A stretch of DNA of 64,000 bases from Eledone cirrhosa (lineage: Eukaryota), in assembly GCA_964016885.1 (NCBI GenBank), contig OZ024741.1, forward strand, positions 410,130,001 through 410,194,000, in the 5' to 3' direction. The position numbers were made by a program, and so were the translations under genes. The notes below the pieces were generated by a model. It had not been told where the DNA came from. It did no database searches and was given only the letters and a program-made list of their open reading frames with translations. Of the stretch, positions 46,973 through 57,658 are shown piece after piece. Positions within the stretch are counted from its first letter, which is position 1. Each line of letters begins with the position of its first letter.

Positions 46973-47670
46973 AACGGAAAAAATGAAACGAAATTTCATT
47001 TCTCACTCTTAGTACGGCTGTTACTTAAATATAAGTATGTATACGTACATACATATATGTATACAGACGTACAGTAGTATGTATATATATATATACATAC
47101 ATGCACACATATATATGTGTACGTATGGATTCACCGAACATTTATTATAATGTTCGGTGTGTTTGTAAACAAACATCCCGAATTAAGCCGTACAGTGTCT
47201 AGCAACCATCGTTGCTCATTTGTTCAACCCTGACAAAGGAACGCTGTACTAGTTTCAAGCTTATTAGCTATCGTCAACAACGTATACCTTCCTGCCAGAT
47301 GATTGAACGTCTGAAAGTATATACTTTCCTTATGCATATTAACGGCTGAGCAGCCTAATTTGCATATCGAGTGAGTTAATCGGCCGGGGTACCGAAAACG
47401 ATAAACGGAAAAAATGAAACGAAATTTCATTTCTCACTGTTAGTACGGCTGTTACTTAAATATAAGTATGTATACGTACATACATATATGTATACAGACG
47501 TACAGTAGTATGTATATATATATATATGCATACATGCACACATATATATATGTACGTATGGATTCACCGAACGTATGGATTCACCGAACATTCACCGAAC
47601 ATAATGCTCGGTGTGTTTGTAAACAAACATCCCGAATTAAGCCGTACAGTGTCTAGCAACCATCGTTGCT
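46973..47670 (-). mobile_element. Non-coding partial-tandem element (431-bp period, 1.6 units) carrying a hammerhead; retrozyme/pLTR-like
   Basis: Direct repeats 46973-47216 and 47404-47670; absent from the other PLE arm, replacing about 9-10 bp with no TSD. Confidence 0.75.
47241..47283 (-). ncRNA. Variant type I hammerhead ribozyme
   Basis: Minus strand ACGTTG-TTGACGA-TAGCT-AATA-AGCTT-GAAAC-TA-GTA-CAGCGT; C3-to-U core change and a mismatch at the base of stem II. Confidence 0.65.
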
Positions 47671-48140
47671 TAAAGGGAAAGATAACTCCAATCTTGTTTG
47701 TTAACCATTAAATTTGATGAAAGATTTACTCAGAAAATATATAGAGAAAATTATATATTATTTATTATATATTATCAATTATATACTATTTTAGTCGAAA
47801 GATGTGTGAAAGTTTGAAGATCAAAATAAGACGAAAAAAAGTAATGTGCATTTCGAAGAACTATCGTAAAGAGGATAAACTTTCAGAATGTCAATTAAAG
47901 ATTATCAATCTACATCTAAAAAAATATATTTAGAGGGGTATCATTAGGAAAATAATGTCAAAAGGTAAAAATAGTAAAAAAATATATTAAAAAATTAAAA
48001 AATTAATGTCAAATGGTAAAATAGTAGAAATATAAAAAAAAATTAAGAATGCAGATCATTTAAAAAAAGTTAAATTTAAATTTTTAAAGAAAATAGGATC
48101 ATTTTGAAGGTGTATAAGATATAGTCAAGTGTAATGAATA

Positions 48141-48686
48141 TCATAAATTAAAAATACTTCTGAAAATGGAATTTTGGCAATGTCTGCAACTAGAAAATAA
48201 TTCTGTTTTAAGATTAATAGGGTTTTGACAGTTAATTATATAAAAAATTTCCTCGATACACAAGTTACAGAATCTTGAGAAAGCCATATTTCGGTATGTA
48301 GGTGCTTTCGAAATCGTTCCCCAAGATATTGAATAGTCTATATTGTTGTCTTTTAAGTTCCAAATTAAATGTGAAAGTGAAGTGGAACATTTTTTATCGG
48401 ATCTATTAAATGTGTGTTTATGGTTATACCAGCGTTCTTTGAATTTTGAAGAAGTGGCACCAATATAGTTAAATACTTTGTCTCTAGTTTTAACTGTGCA
48501 TTTATAAATTACGTTTTTGTCTAAGCAATTATTTTGTAAAGGGAAGTTTGATTTAATTCTACAGTTACATTTTTTGGAGTTGTTGTTGTTCGGAACGGTA
48601 CTATTATTCTGAATATTGTTGTTAGAAATATTCTGAATATTGTTGTTAGAAATATTACTATTAATATTATTATTAATATTATTATT
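48141..48686 (-). pseudogene. PLE GIY-YIG endonuclease domain (Naiad-like), 5'-truncated, missed by the ORF track
   Basis: Stop-free 181-codon frame: CNCRIKSNFPLQNNCLDKNVIYKCTV...YIGAT...FKERWYNHKHTF...STSLSHLIWNLK...ISW...CNLCIEE...INLKTELFSSCRH, preceded by an Asn-rich linker. Confidence 0.9.
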
Positions 48687-48692
48687 AAAGGC

Positions 48693-48998
48693 CTCAAGAA
48701 TAAAATAGACAACCTAGAAAAAACAAAGAGGATCCTGGTAAAATCTGACAAAACAAATAATTTATATGGTATAATTTGGAACTTAAAAGACAACAATATA
48801 GACTATTCAATATCTTGGGGAACGATTTCGAAAGCACCTACATACCGAAATATGGCTTTCTCAAGATTCTGTAACTTGTGTATCGAGGAAATTTTTTATA
48901 TAATTAACTGTCAAAACTCTATTAATCTTAAAACAGAATTATTTTCTAGTTGCAGACATTGCCAAAATTCCATTTTCAGAAGTATTTTTAATTTATGA
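48693..48998 (+). pseudogene. Internally deleted PLE ORF: pre-RT DKT motif fused in frame to the endonuclease C-terminus
   Basis: LKNKIDNLEKTKRILVKSDKTNNLYG then IIWNLKDNNIDYSISW...CRH...NL*. Confidence 0.75.
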
Positions 48999-50183
48999 TA
49001 TTCATAACACTTGACTATATCTTATACACCTTCAAAATGATCCTATTTTCTTTAAAAATTTAAATTTAAATTTTTTTAAATGATCTTCCTTCTTATTTAT
49101 TTTTTTTATATTTCTACTATTTTTACCATTTGACATTAATTTTTTAATTTTTTAATATATTTATTACTATTTTTACCTTTTGACATTATTTTCCTAATGA
49201 TACCCCTCTAAATATATTTTTTTAGATGTAGATTGATAATCTTTAATTGACATTCTGAAAGTTTATCATCTTTACGATAGTTCTTCGAAATGCACATTAC
49301 TTTTTTCGTCTTCTTTTGAACTTCAAACTTTCACACATCTTTCGACTAAAATAATATATACTTGAAATTAATCTCACACAAAATAATATATCATTTTCTC
49401 TATATATTTTCTGAGTAAATCATTCATCAAATTTAACGGTTAGCAAACAAGATTGGAGTTATCTTTCCCTTTTCAATCGTGCAAACATAAACATTATATT
49501 ATAATATAATATGTAGTATAAACTATATAACTTTATAATATAATATATATGATAAACTATATAACTTTTTCAATGTTGGAACAAAATATTTGAATCTACA
49601 AATTGTTCTCCTCTTACAACTTGAACTACCTGTATTTTATGTAAAATTCAAAATCAACATCCTTCGTAACTCATATTAGAAATGTAAACAACTAATAATT
49701 GTAACCTATTTCTATTTCTATAATACTTATACATGCACAATTATTAATCTATATAGATATTTATATACTTACAACCTGTTCTAATGTAATAAGATAAAAT
49801 CTACTTACAACCATAATTCTTCATATAATGTAATTGATTATATATACAATGTTATAACTCATAATATAGCTAAATAAATTTAAATTCTGGAATCATATTC
49901 CACCATTCCCGCAAATTGTTAAATCCTTTTAAATTAACGTAAATACAAGCTCTTCTTTCTTTTTTTTTCTTCCTACTCATACATACATAAATCCTAATTA
50001 GTTAAATTCTGCATAGCATCTAAAATAACGTTTTTCAGCCCTATATCTCAACCTCATTTGCATACTCATCTTAATAATTTGAAATATCTGACTTTTCTTC
50101 TCTTTTCCTTCACTATCTAAGAAAAACTTGAACCGTTAAGGTATCTTTTCTTGGTTATGTCAAAATTTATAAAACAAACTTTG

Positions 50184-50240
50184 TATTTTATCTGATGAAA
50201 GCGTACCAAAGTTTTGGTACCCTTGAAATATATATAATAG
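50184..50240 (+). ncRNA. Hammerhead ribozyme motif, right PLE arm
   Basis: CTGATGA (50192-50198), stem II AAG.GTACCAAA/TTTGGTAC.CTT, then GAAATATA. Confidence 0.75.
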
Positions 50241-50380
50241 AATAAATATGGTTTTATAAATATAGTTTCCATTTATTTAATATCATTGAATATTATACTC
50301 CATAAAACTTGTCGAGTGCTCTGAATCAGTTATAAACATTTATATTTGTTGAATTACCAACAAATTGAATACCCCTTTTG

Positions 50381-50451
<71 letters not shown>

Positions 50452-50601
50452 CTGTAGTGACCTACATTCCGCGGGCTCACATACAAACATTATTTGTGCT
50501 ACAACAAAAATAAACATGCATTTCATCTCTAATTTCTGCTGTTGACATCATTATTATGTTACTCGTGTCTCAATAACATTTATATACTACTCTGCTAAAA
50601 G

Positions 50602-50619
50602 TGTTGATCCCGACGTGAT
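50602..50619 (+). promoter_or_regulatory. Primer-binding site, tRNA-Trp-like
   Basis: TGTTGATCCCGACGTGAT differs at 2 positions from TGGTGACCCCGACGTGAT; lies 2 nt after the 5' LTR. Confidence 0.75.
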
Positions 50620-52025
50620 GAATATTTTCAGTTCAAAATATTCTTTTTGAAATGAGATTAAAATTGGCAGTGTATGTAAATAAAAAAAAAAAATTTACGC
50701 CACGAGGAAATTTCAAAACGGCTACCACCAAGTACTTCTCTACTACCAGCCATCAGCAGAAACACATGGCTAACTACTAACCAGCACCAGGGAATGGCGA
50801 TGTGGCAGCTTGTAACTTTACCGACGCAACCACCATACCTTCTGTCTCGTTACCACAAGGACTCCAGAAATTAAGACATCAGTCTTCTCACCACCCTGGC
50901 GTCAGACGTGGCTGCCATATTGGTGACTAGTTTCTTCAACGCTCGACTTCGATTCTACAGAAGATTCATTGTGACTTTGCTTTAACAACAACAACAACTC
51001 TACTAGCTCCCTAGTAAGAGCGATCCCAAAGAAATTTCAAAGAAAAGAAAAGCGAACTTTTGTTAAAAGAAAAGAAACAATTCTTTCTTTCTTCCTTTTT
51101 TTTCAGGCATTTATTTTGGACATTTATTTTTTTTTAAAACTGTATTATATGGAAATTCATTTTTTTCTATCATTGTATATATGACTGCATCATTTTCTTT
51201 ATCATTGTATATATGACTGCACCCACACATTTATTTGCTGTAATACATGCCTGCATATGCACACATTTCTTTGTCACCCACCAACATGTTGTTCTTAGTA
51301 CATGTTCTTCAAACGTAATATTCTGCGAGATCCCTTTTCACCTGGTTGAGGTGCCGTCACATGCTAGCGACTCATAGAGCTTAATTCACCTGGATTCAAA
51401 CAGGCACCGCAACATGAGAATGCTAATTGCAGCTGAACTCAAACAGTTTTGCATCTCGTTGCACACTCATGGTCCATAACAACCTCCATCTTGTTACCTT
51501 ACCCGACTCACTGGGAAAACAACAAATAGAACTGGACTTGTCAGCATTTCCACCACTTCTGTGGATTCGCCGGAATTATGGAATTTACACTGCAACTACT
51601 ACCCACCTACAGATTCAACTTGCTTTTTTCTTTTCAAAGCAACGAGCCATTTTTTCCTGGCTGCCTAGCACTTTCGGCAATACATCTGGGAGGCCAACAT
51701 TTTCTCGCCTACCCATCATCTTCTTGCCAGCACTGGTAAACTACCATAATAGCTTCATCCACAGCTACTGGTACAACACTTACCATTAATATTTAATGCA
51801 AGAACAGCAACTTCGCCCATGTCAGATTTTATCCGTTTTCTGTTAGACCTTTGGTGGTCACGTATAAACTACAAAACAGCTAGTCATTTGACACAGCGGC
51901 TCAACACGGCCCTTAGCGCCTCATTTTTTTTCTTGCATGCATCCTTCTGCTCAATTAATTTTTCACTGATGTGCTCTTTCAGCATTTGTTCTTGTTGATT
52001 CAATAATCTGTATCGTCTTCCGTCT

Positions 52026-52035
52026 AAAGGGGGAG
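52026..52035 (+). promoter_or_regulatory. Polypurine tract
   Basis: AAAGGGGGAG, 3 nt upstream of the TG that starts the 3' LTR. Confidence 0.8.
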
Positions 52036-52434
52036 TATTGTAGTGATCTACATTCCTCGAGCTCACATACATTCTCTGTGCGTGATTTGGCTCAGCTCAG
52101 CCAATCAACGCCAGTAGAAGAGGATGTATCCCTATGCGCCCTGAGGGAGAAATTCCCCGCGAAGATTTGAAGAATCTCTCTCTCGCACCCGGAACTTCGA
52201 ACCAGCAACACGTAGAACATGTGACGGTGAGATTTTGCACTTTAGCCTGCCGGCGTTCCGGCACATTCCCTTTTGTAACCTCATTTTATGTGTAACTTCA
52301 ACCATACAAGTTAACAAACATTATTTGTGCTACAACAAAAATAAACATACATTTCATCTCTAATTTCTGCTGTTGACATCATTATTATGTTAATCGTGTC
52401 TCAATAACATTTATATACTACTCTGCTAAATATC

Positions 52435-52484
52435 GGATCTAGCTGTCAAAACGGCCGGAGCTCAGCTGTCGGGGTCCTGAAGTT
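52435..52484 (+). other. 3' half-hammerhead terminal motif (family also at 53254, 60659, 61764)
   Basis: AGCTGTC-AAAAC-GGCC-GGAGCTC-AGCT-GTC-GGGGTC followed by (TA)n. Confidence 0.55.
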
Positions 52485-53253
52485 ATATATATATACCTTC
52501 AGCCCCCACCCCCGTCATGACCCAGGTGGGTAGATCTCAGCTTCATCTCCTTCCCAATTAGAAACTAAGATAGAGGAAACCCCAAGCACACTTAGGTGGA
52601 TCTTTTCATACTTACACTATTATAAACACAGTTCCTAATATTCCTTGTAAACCCGGAATATTTCCACTCTTGTTAAAATACACATACAGCTCTATGGAAC
52701 CGGTCAAACAGATAGCTATGACGAGTAAATTAGTGTATTGAGGTGCTTTTCCTGTACATTAGAGTAATTAATAACTGGATTTCTTCATCAGGAACTGAAT
52801 TAGTATTAACATCTAAATGCTTTGCTCTTTAGCCAAGTGTTAGATTAGGAATACTTAACTTAGACTTTCTAACTACCTTCTTTGATTCTTACACGATGAA
52901 AATATATTCTTATCTGTTTGAATTGTAGTTTACCGTTTCTATAAATGAAAGATGGTTGTATAGAATTCTCTCTTAATGCCGTGTGTGCACGCCTGACTGG
53001 CTTGGTACCCACAGGTCAGACGGTCTTCTTACTCCTTCCTCTTCAGGCCTGTTCAGCACGCTCACCGCTATGAAGGAATTTAACTATGTACACGACATCC
53101 CAGGTCACTGACCACTCCCCGTGACGGACAAGAAAAACAACAAATTTTTAGGATCTTTTGCTTAGATATTTCTGCTTTTTTGTGTTTTGACCGCGTGCCC
53201 ATATATGGACTGTACCCCTTGATAAGTTCAGCTAGATTCCCGCCGTTCTAATA

Positions 53254-53319
53254 CTGGTGGCTGAGTTCAGATCTAGCTGTCGAAATCTAGCTCAGCCGTC
53301 AGGGTCCTGACTCTTTCCT

Positions 53320-53321
<2 letters not shown>
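53254..53321 (+). other. 3' half-hammerhead terminal motif ending an unclassified 0.8-kb segment (52497-53321) between (TA)n tracts
   Basis: AGCTGTC-GAAAT-CTAGCTCAGCC-GTC-AGGGTC...TTCCT followed by (TA)n. Confidence 0.5.
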
Positions 53322-53370
<49 letters not shown>

Positions 53371-53374
<4 letters not shown>

Positions 53375-53670
53375 GAAGTAATTCCGTCGGAAAAGTCCAG
53401 GAAAAAAGAGTACTCTATGTAGGTAACAGAGCTTAATAGTTATGTAATAAACAACATAAGGCAATTATTCCATTTACCAGTGGTTTCTTAAAAGCAAATA
53501 ATTGTGCTTTCAATCATTAGAATGAAAAAATCCTGGTGTATTTATTGACAATCGGATTCTAAAAACAAAAATGCAATCTATATGAAAGTGAGGCTGGAGA
53601 AGGAAGAAGGAAAGGAAAAATAAAATAAAAACACACATGCAAACACACACACACACACAATTATATACAT

Positions 53671-53722
<52 letters not shown>
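53371..53722 (-). mobile_element. PLE-type non-coding 3' end (pLTR-like) with hammerhead; continues at 58750-59400 beyond the RTE insertion
   Basis: Reverse complement of about 62290-62542; the 53371-53448 segment is also repeated at 61222-61299. Confidence 0.75.
53471..53524 (-). ncRNA. Hammerhead ribozyme with a G5-to-A core mutation (probably inactive)
   Basis: CATT-CTAATGA-TTGAAAGCA...TGCTTTTAA-GAAAC-CACTG-GTA-AATG. Confidence 0.7.
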
Positions 53723-53810
53723 GATGGCTGCCCCCTCGTTATCGAGTATGGCCATTGCACGAGAAAAAAAAAAAAAAAATAATAAATAAATAAAAAAAAG
53801 AAAAAAAGAA

Positions 53811-53888
<78 letters not shown>

Positions 53889-53983
53889 TAATAACAATAA
53901 TAATAACAACAATAATAATAACGATAACAACAATAATAATATACATATACATATATATACACACACACGCACACACATAAGCG

Positions 53984-54028
<45 letters not shown>

Positions 54029-54034
54029 TAGCAA

Positions 54035-56773
54035 CTAACAGCGCTGCGATCGAATGTGGCGTTTTAGCCCAGCCAATGATCTAAAATGTCTTGCACAGAG
54101 TCGGCAACCAAAACATTCACTGGAAATAGTCGGCTGTGGTTGGCGTTCGTGTACTTTTGCATGTCGCTTGAGCCCTCCTGCTGACTTACATTCTCTACCA
54201 CATGCTTGGCAAGCATGATGAGTAGCATCTCCAACAGCAGCCTGGTAGTCAACCACTGGTCTTACTTTATGACTGCGAAGATGACTTTCGAGTCCAGCTT
54301 TGCTTAGGCAGAGTCTCGCACATACGCTGCATGTCAGCACCATAGGAGGACCCTCGCCGTCTGGAAGTGCAACAGCAATGCCCTTCCTCACATCCCGCTT
54401 TACTTTCTCGTATGCGATTCGAGATGCCTCAAAGGCAACTTTTCCCTCATATACAGTCTTTCTCCATTTATTACGATCAGCAGCAATATTCTCCCATGTA
54501 TCAGCAGAGATGTTAGCGTCTTTCAGAGAGGCTTTCAAGGAATCCTTATACCTCTTTTTTGGTTTATGTGGCGGTCGTTTTCCTTTAACCAACTCTCCAT
54601 AAAAGAGTTGTTTTGGTATTCTAGAATCCTTCATCCTGGCAAGGTGACCACTCCAACGGAGTCGTTGCTTAAGCACAAGAGCTTCTATACTGTCACACAT
54701 AGAGCTTTCCAAAATCTCGACATCACTGATGTGGTCCCTCCAGTGAACGCCATGGATTCGTCTGAGACACATCTGATGGAAACGCTCCAATTGCTTAAGG
54801 TGGTGTCGATATGTGACCCAGGTCTCGCAGGCATAAAGATGACAAGAGAGCACACATGCCTTGTACACCTTTACCTTTGTCCTCCTGCATATGTCTCGCC
54901 GACCCCAGAGTCGCCTTTCTAGCTTTCCGAAAGCATCACTTGCTTTCCTAATCCTAAGTGAGATTTCACTGTCAAGGTTGCTGTATCGATTGACAGTGCT
55001 TCCCAGGTAGACAAACTGATCAACCACTCCAAGTTGTTTGCCATACACATAGATGTTTGGTTCAGTGTACTGCTTACCAGGGGCAGGTTGGTACATGACG
55101 GCGGTTTTCTTGAGACTGACAGTCAGACCTAGGGCAGTGCAAGCGTCAGAAAATGCATTCAAAATGTGCTGCATATCACTCTCTGTGTGCGCTACAAGAT
55201 TGCAGTCATCTGCATACAAGAGGTCTCTTATGATTGATGTAAACACTTTTGTCTTCGCAGCAAAGCGCCTGATGTTAAATATGCTGCCTGAGGTTCGATA
55301 TCGGATGTAAACACCATGCTCGCAATTCCTGAATGCAATACAGAAAACCATTGCAAAGTATATGGCAAACAGGGTCGGTGCTGGAATATCCCTCTGCTTC
55401 ACTCCATTTTTTACTGAGATAGGCTCCGACATGTTACCCCCGACATTCACCCAAGCCTTCATGTCGTCATGGAAAGACCTAACTAAAGCAAGGAACTTAT
55501 CAGGGCAACCAAGTTTCTGGAGAACCTTCCATAATGCATCTCTGTTAACAGTATCGAAAGCTTTTGTCAGATCGACAAAAACCTGATACAGATCCAAGCC
55601 TTGTTCCATGCACTTCTCCTGGAGCTGTCTAGCTGAGAAGATCATATCAGTAGTGCCGCGTCCAGCACGAAAACCAGATTGACTTTCAGGAAGAACACAA
55701 TCTGCAATGTGTGTCAGCAGACGGCCCAGAAACACCCTACATAAAACTTTCCCTACGACAGAAAGCAATGATATACCTCTGTAGTTCCCACAATCGTTCC
55801 TGTTACCCTTTCCCTTGTACAAGACCACCATTACTGCATCTCTCCAGTCCTCAGGTACGGATTCATTAGCCCATATCCTGCCAAACAAAGAGTGAAGATG
55901 TTGCAGGAGTCTCTCACCACCATATTGTAGGAGCTCAGCATGTATGCCATCCATACCTGGAGATCTTCCACTGTTCAGCTTCGAAATAGCCACTGCAACC
56001 CCCACAAGCGTCAGAGGTTCTGCGAGAGCTACTTTCACAGGACTTTCTGGAATGAGATTGAGGAAATCTTCACTGACGACAGACGGCTGATTCAAAAGAT
56101 CATCAAAGTGCTCTCGCCACCTTCGTAGAATTCCTTGTGAGTCACGAAGAAGTTCTTTGCCATCCTTGCTGCGAAGCGGTGTCACCAGAGAAGAAGACGG
56201 TCCATAAACCTCACGCAAGAGACTGTACAACAGCTTTGTGTTATTGGAATCAGACGCAGTTTGTATCTCACCAGCCTTCTCACTCCACCACTGATCCTTC
56301 ATCTGAGAAAGACTCCGCCTAACACGTGATTTTACATCCCTGAGTTCCTCATGCAACGTATTCCTCTCCTGTGGTTTTGCCGTCAAGTAGCGTGACAGAG
56401 CACGCCTCTTATCAGCCAACAAGTCTTCTATATGTACATCATTCTCATCAAACCAGTCCTGATGTTTCCTCTGCGCCAATCCCAGAACACGCCTGCCTAC
56501 ATCATAAACCGACTTTTTAAGGGTCGGCCAATCCTCACCAAGATCTGCAGCCTGCATCTCTTCTTCCAATGTCCTCTTCACATTTTTATCCTTAAGACGA
56601 GCAGCATTCAATCTTTTGGGCAGGGCAACACCAGGAGCCCGGATTTTACGTTTAGTGATTAGTTTCACTTTTGCGCGTACCAGGCGGTGGTCCGTCCAGC
56701 ACTCAGCTCCACGAAGAACACGAACACACTGCACATCCTGTCTGTCACGCATCCTGACTAGGACGTAGTCCAA
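54035..56773 (-). CDS. RTE ORF: end of APE domain, reverse transcriptase and three C-terminal C2H2 zinc fingers (part of a disrupted ORF)
   Basis: WTDH, SPGMDGI, NYRGISLL, QSGFR, FVDLTKAFD, LLYADD, FVYLGS, LRWSGH; CSVC..H..H, CQAC..H..H, CRLC..H. Confidence 0.93.
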   Translation of the reverse strand: MDYVLVRMRDRQDVQCVRVLRGAECWTDHRLVRAKVKLITKRKIRAPGVALPKRLNAARLKDKNVKRTLEEEMQAADLGEDWPTLKKSVYDVGRRVLGLAQRKHQDWFDENDVHIEDLLADKRRALSRYLTAKPQERNTLHEELRDVKSRVRRSLSQMKDQWWSEKAGEIQTASDSNNTKLLYSLLREVYGPSSSLVTPLRSKDGKELLRDSQGILRRWREHFDDLLNQPSVVSEDFLNLIPESPVKVALAEPLTLVGVAVAISKLNSGRSPGMDGIHAELLQYGGERLLQHLHSLFGRIWANESVPEDWRDAVMVVLYKGKGNRNDCGNYRGISLLSVVGKVLCRVFLGRLLTHIADCVLPESQSGFRAGRGTTDMIFSARQLQEKCMEQGLDLYQVFVDLTKAFDTVNRDALWKVLQKLGCPDKFLALVRSFHDDMKAWVNVGGNMSEPISVKNGVKQRDIPAPTLFAIYFAMVFCIAFRNCEHGVYIRYRTSGSIFNIRRFAAKTKVFTSIIRDLLYADDCNLVAHTESDMQHILNAFSDACTALGLTVSLKKTAVMYQPAPGKQYTEPNIYVYGKQLGVVDQFVYLGSTVNRYSNLDSEISLRIRKASDAFGKLERRLWGRRDICRRTKVKVYKACVLSCHLYACETWVTYRHHLKQLERFHQMCLRRIHGVHWRDHISDVEILESSMCDSIEALVLKQRLRWSGHLARMKDSRIPKQLFYGELVKGKRPPHKPKKRYKDSLKASLKDANISADTWENIAADRNKWRKTVYEGKVAFEASRIAYEKVKRDVRKGIAVALPDGEGPPMVLTCSVCARLCLSKAGLESHLRSHKVRPVVDYQAAVGDATHHACQACGRECKSAGGLKRHAKVHERQPQPTISSECFGCRLCARHFRSLAGLKRHIRSQRC

Positions 56774-57579
56774 AAGATGCTATTCCTTAGATGCAGGATG
56801 CATCCATGTGGTCTTGAATTTGTTCTTTTGTTGGAACATGGTGTTGGTAACACACAGATCCAGCTCCTCACACATCTGCAGCAGGAGCATACCATTGCTG
56901 TTACACTTTCCCACCCATGCCTTCCGATTACATTCCATGTGTTAAAATCTCTACCCACTCTAGCATTAAAGTCACCAAGCACGATGACTTTGTCTGCCTG
57001 AGGGATATTTCTTAAAACACCTTTCAAGGCATGGTAAAAGGACATCTTTTCCTCATCGACAGAACTCATAGTTGGAGCATACACACTCACCAGGGTAGCA
57101 TATCTTCCCTTGTCCAGCGGAACTCTCATGGACATAAGACGCTCACTAATCCCTACTGGGAATTCTTCTAATTTGTTCACAAGCACAGTCTTAACAGCAA
57201 ATCCTACCCCAGCCTCTCTTCTGGTTCCTTCATCTCTTCCTTTCCAGAAGAATGTATATTCTCCACAAAATTCCGTAAGATGACCATCTCCAGCTAGCCT
57301 CGTCTCAGATAAAGCCACGATGTCAAGATCGTAACGTCGAAGCTCCTTTGCAACAAGAGCGGTCCTTCGTTCAGGACGCCCCAAGGAATCCCTGTCAAGC
57401 AGCGTCCGTACGTTCCAGCAGCCAAGACTAAATGCCTTGTTTGGCTCTATTACAATGGCACGATGACGAGCGGGCCCAGGCTGTGATAACCTGGGGCCCC
57501 TGCCCTTATTGCCAATGACCTTTTTTGTTCCAGAACCTAAATTGCCAATTATCTCTTTTATATTGTTCTGGAACATCAT
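56774..57579 (-). pseudogene. RTE apurinic endonuclease domain with a frameshift (about 56915) and a nonsense codon (56780-56782)
   Basis: CWNVRTL, ALSETR, GVGF, SVYAPT, LGDFNARVG; the shifted frame continues VGKCNSNG...NTMF...TTWMHPASKE*HLLDY. Confidence 0.9.
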
Positions 57580-57622
57580 TGAATTGGAAAAAAAAAAAAA
57601 AAAAAAAAAAAAAGTAATAATA

Positions 57623-57658
<36 letters not shown>

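Larger units (their letters stand above)
45231..50383. mobile_element. Head-to-head inverted Penelope-like element (Naiad-like) within (TA)n
   Basis: Arms 45231-48367 (minus two insertions) and 48772-50293 are reverse complements; GIY-YIG coding sequence at the centre, hammerhead near each outer end; (TA)n on both flanks. Confidence 0.9.
50453..52430 (+). mobile_element. Non-autonomous Gypsy-type LTR element
   Basis: 5' LTR 50453-50599 (internally deleted), 3' LTR 52039-52430, TSD TATC (50449-50452 and 52431-52434), PBS and PPT present, no recognisable gag or pol. Confidence 0.88.

Noticed and set aside
48141-48686. Selenocysteine recoding as in some Naiad PLEs
   Set aside because: No in-frame TGA in the visible fragment (one expected Cys is Phe, TTC), and I could not identify a SECIS by eye.
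51427-51789. 120-aa ORF inside the LTR element as gag
   Set aside because: No gag, protease or integrase motifs recognisable.
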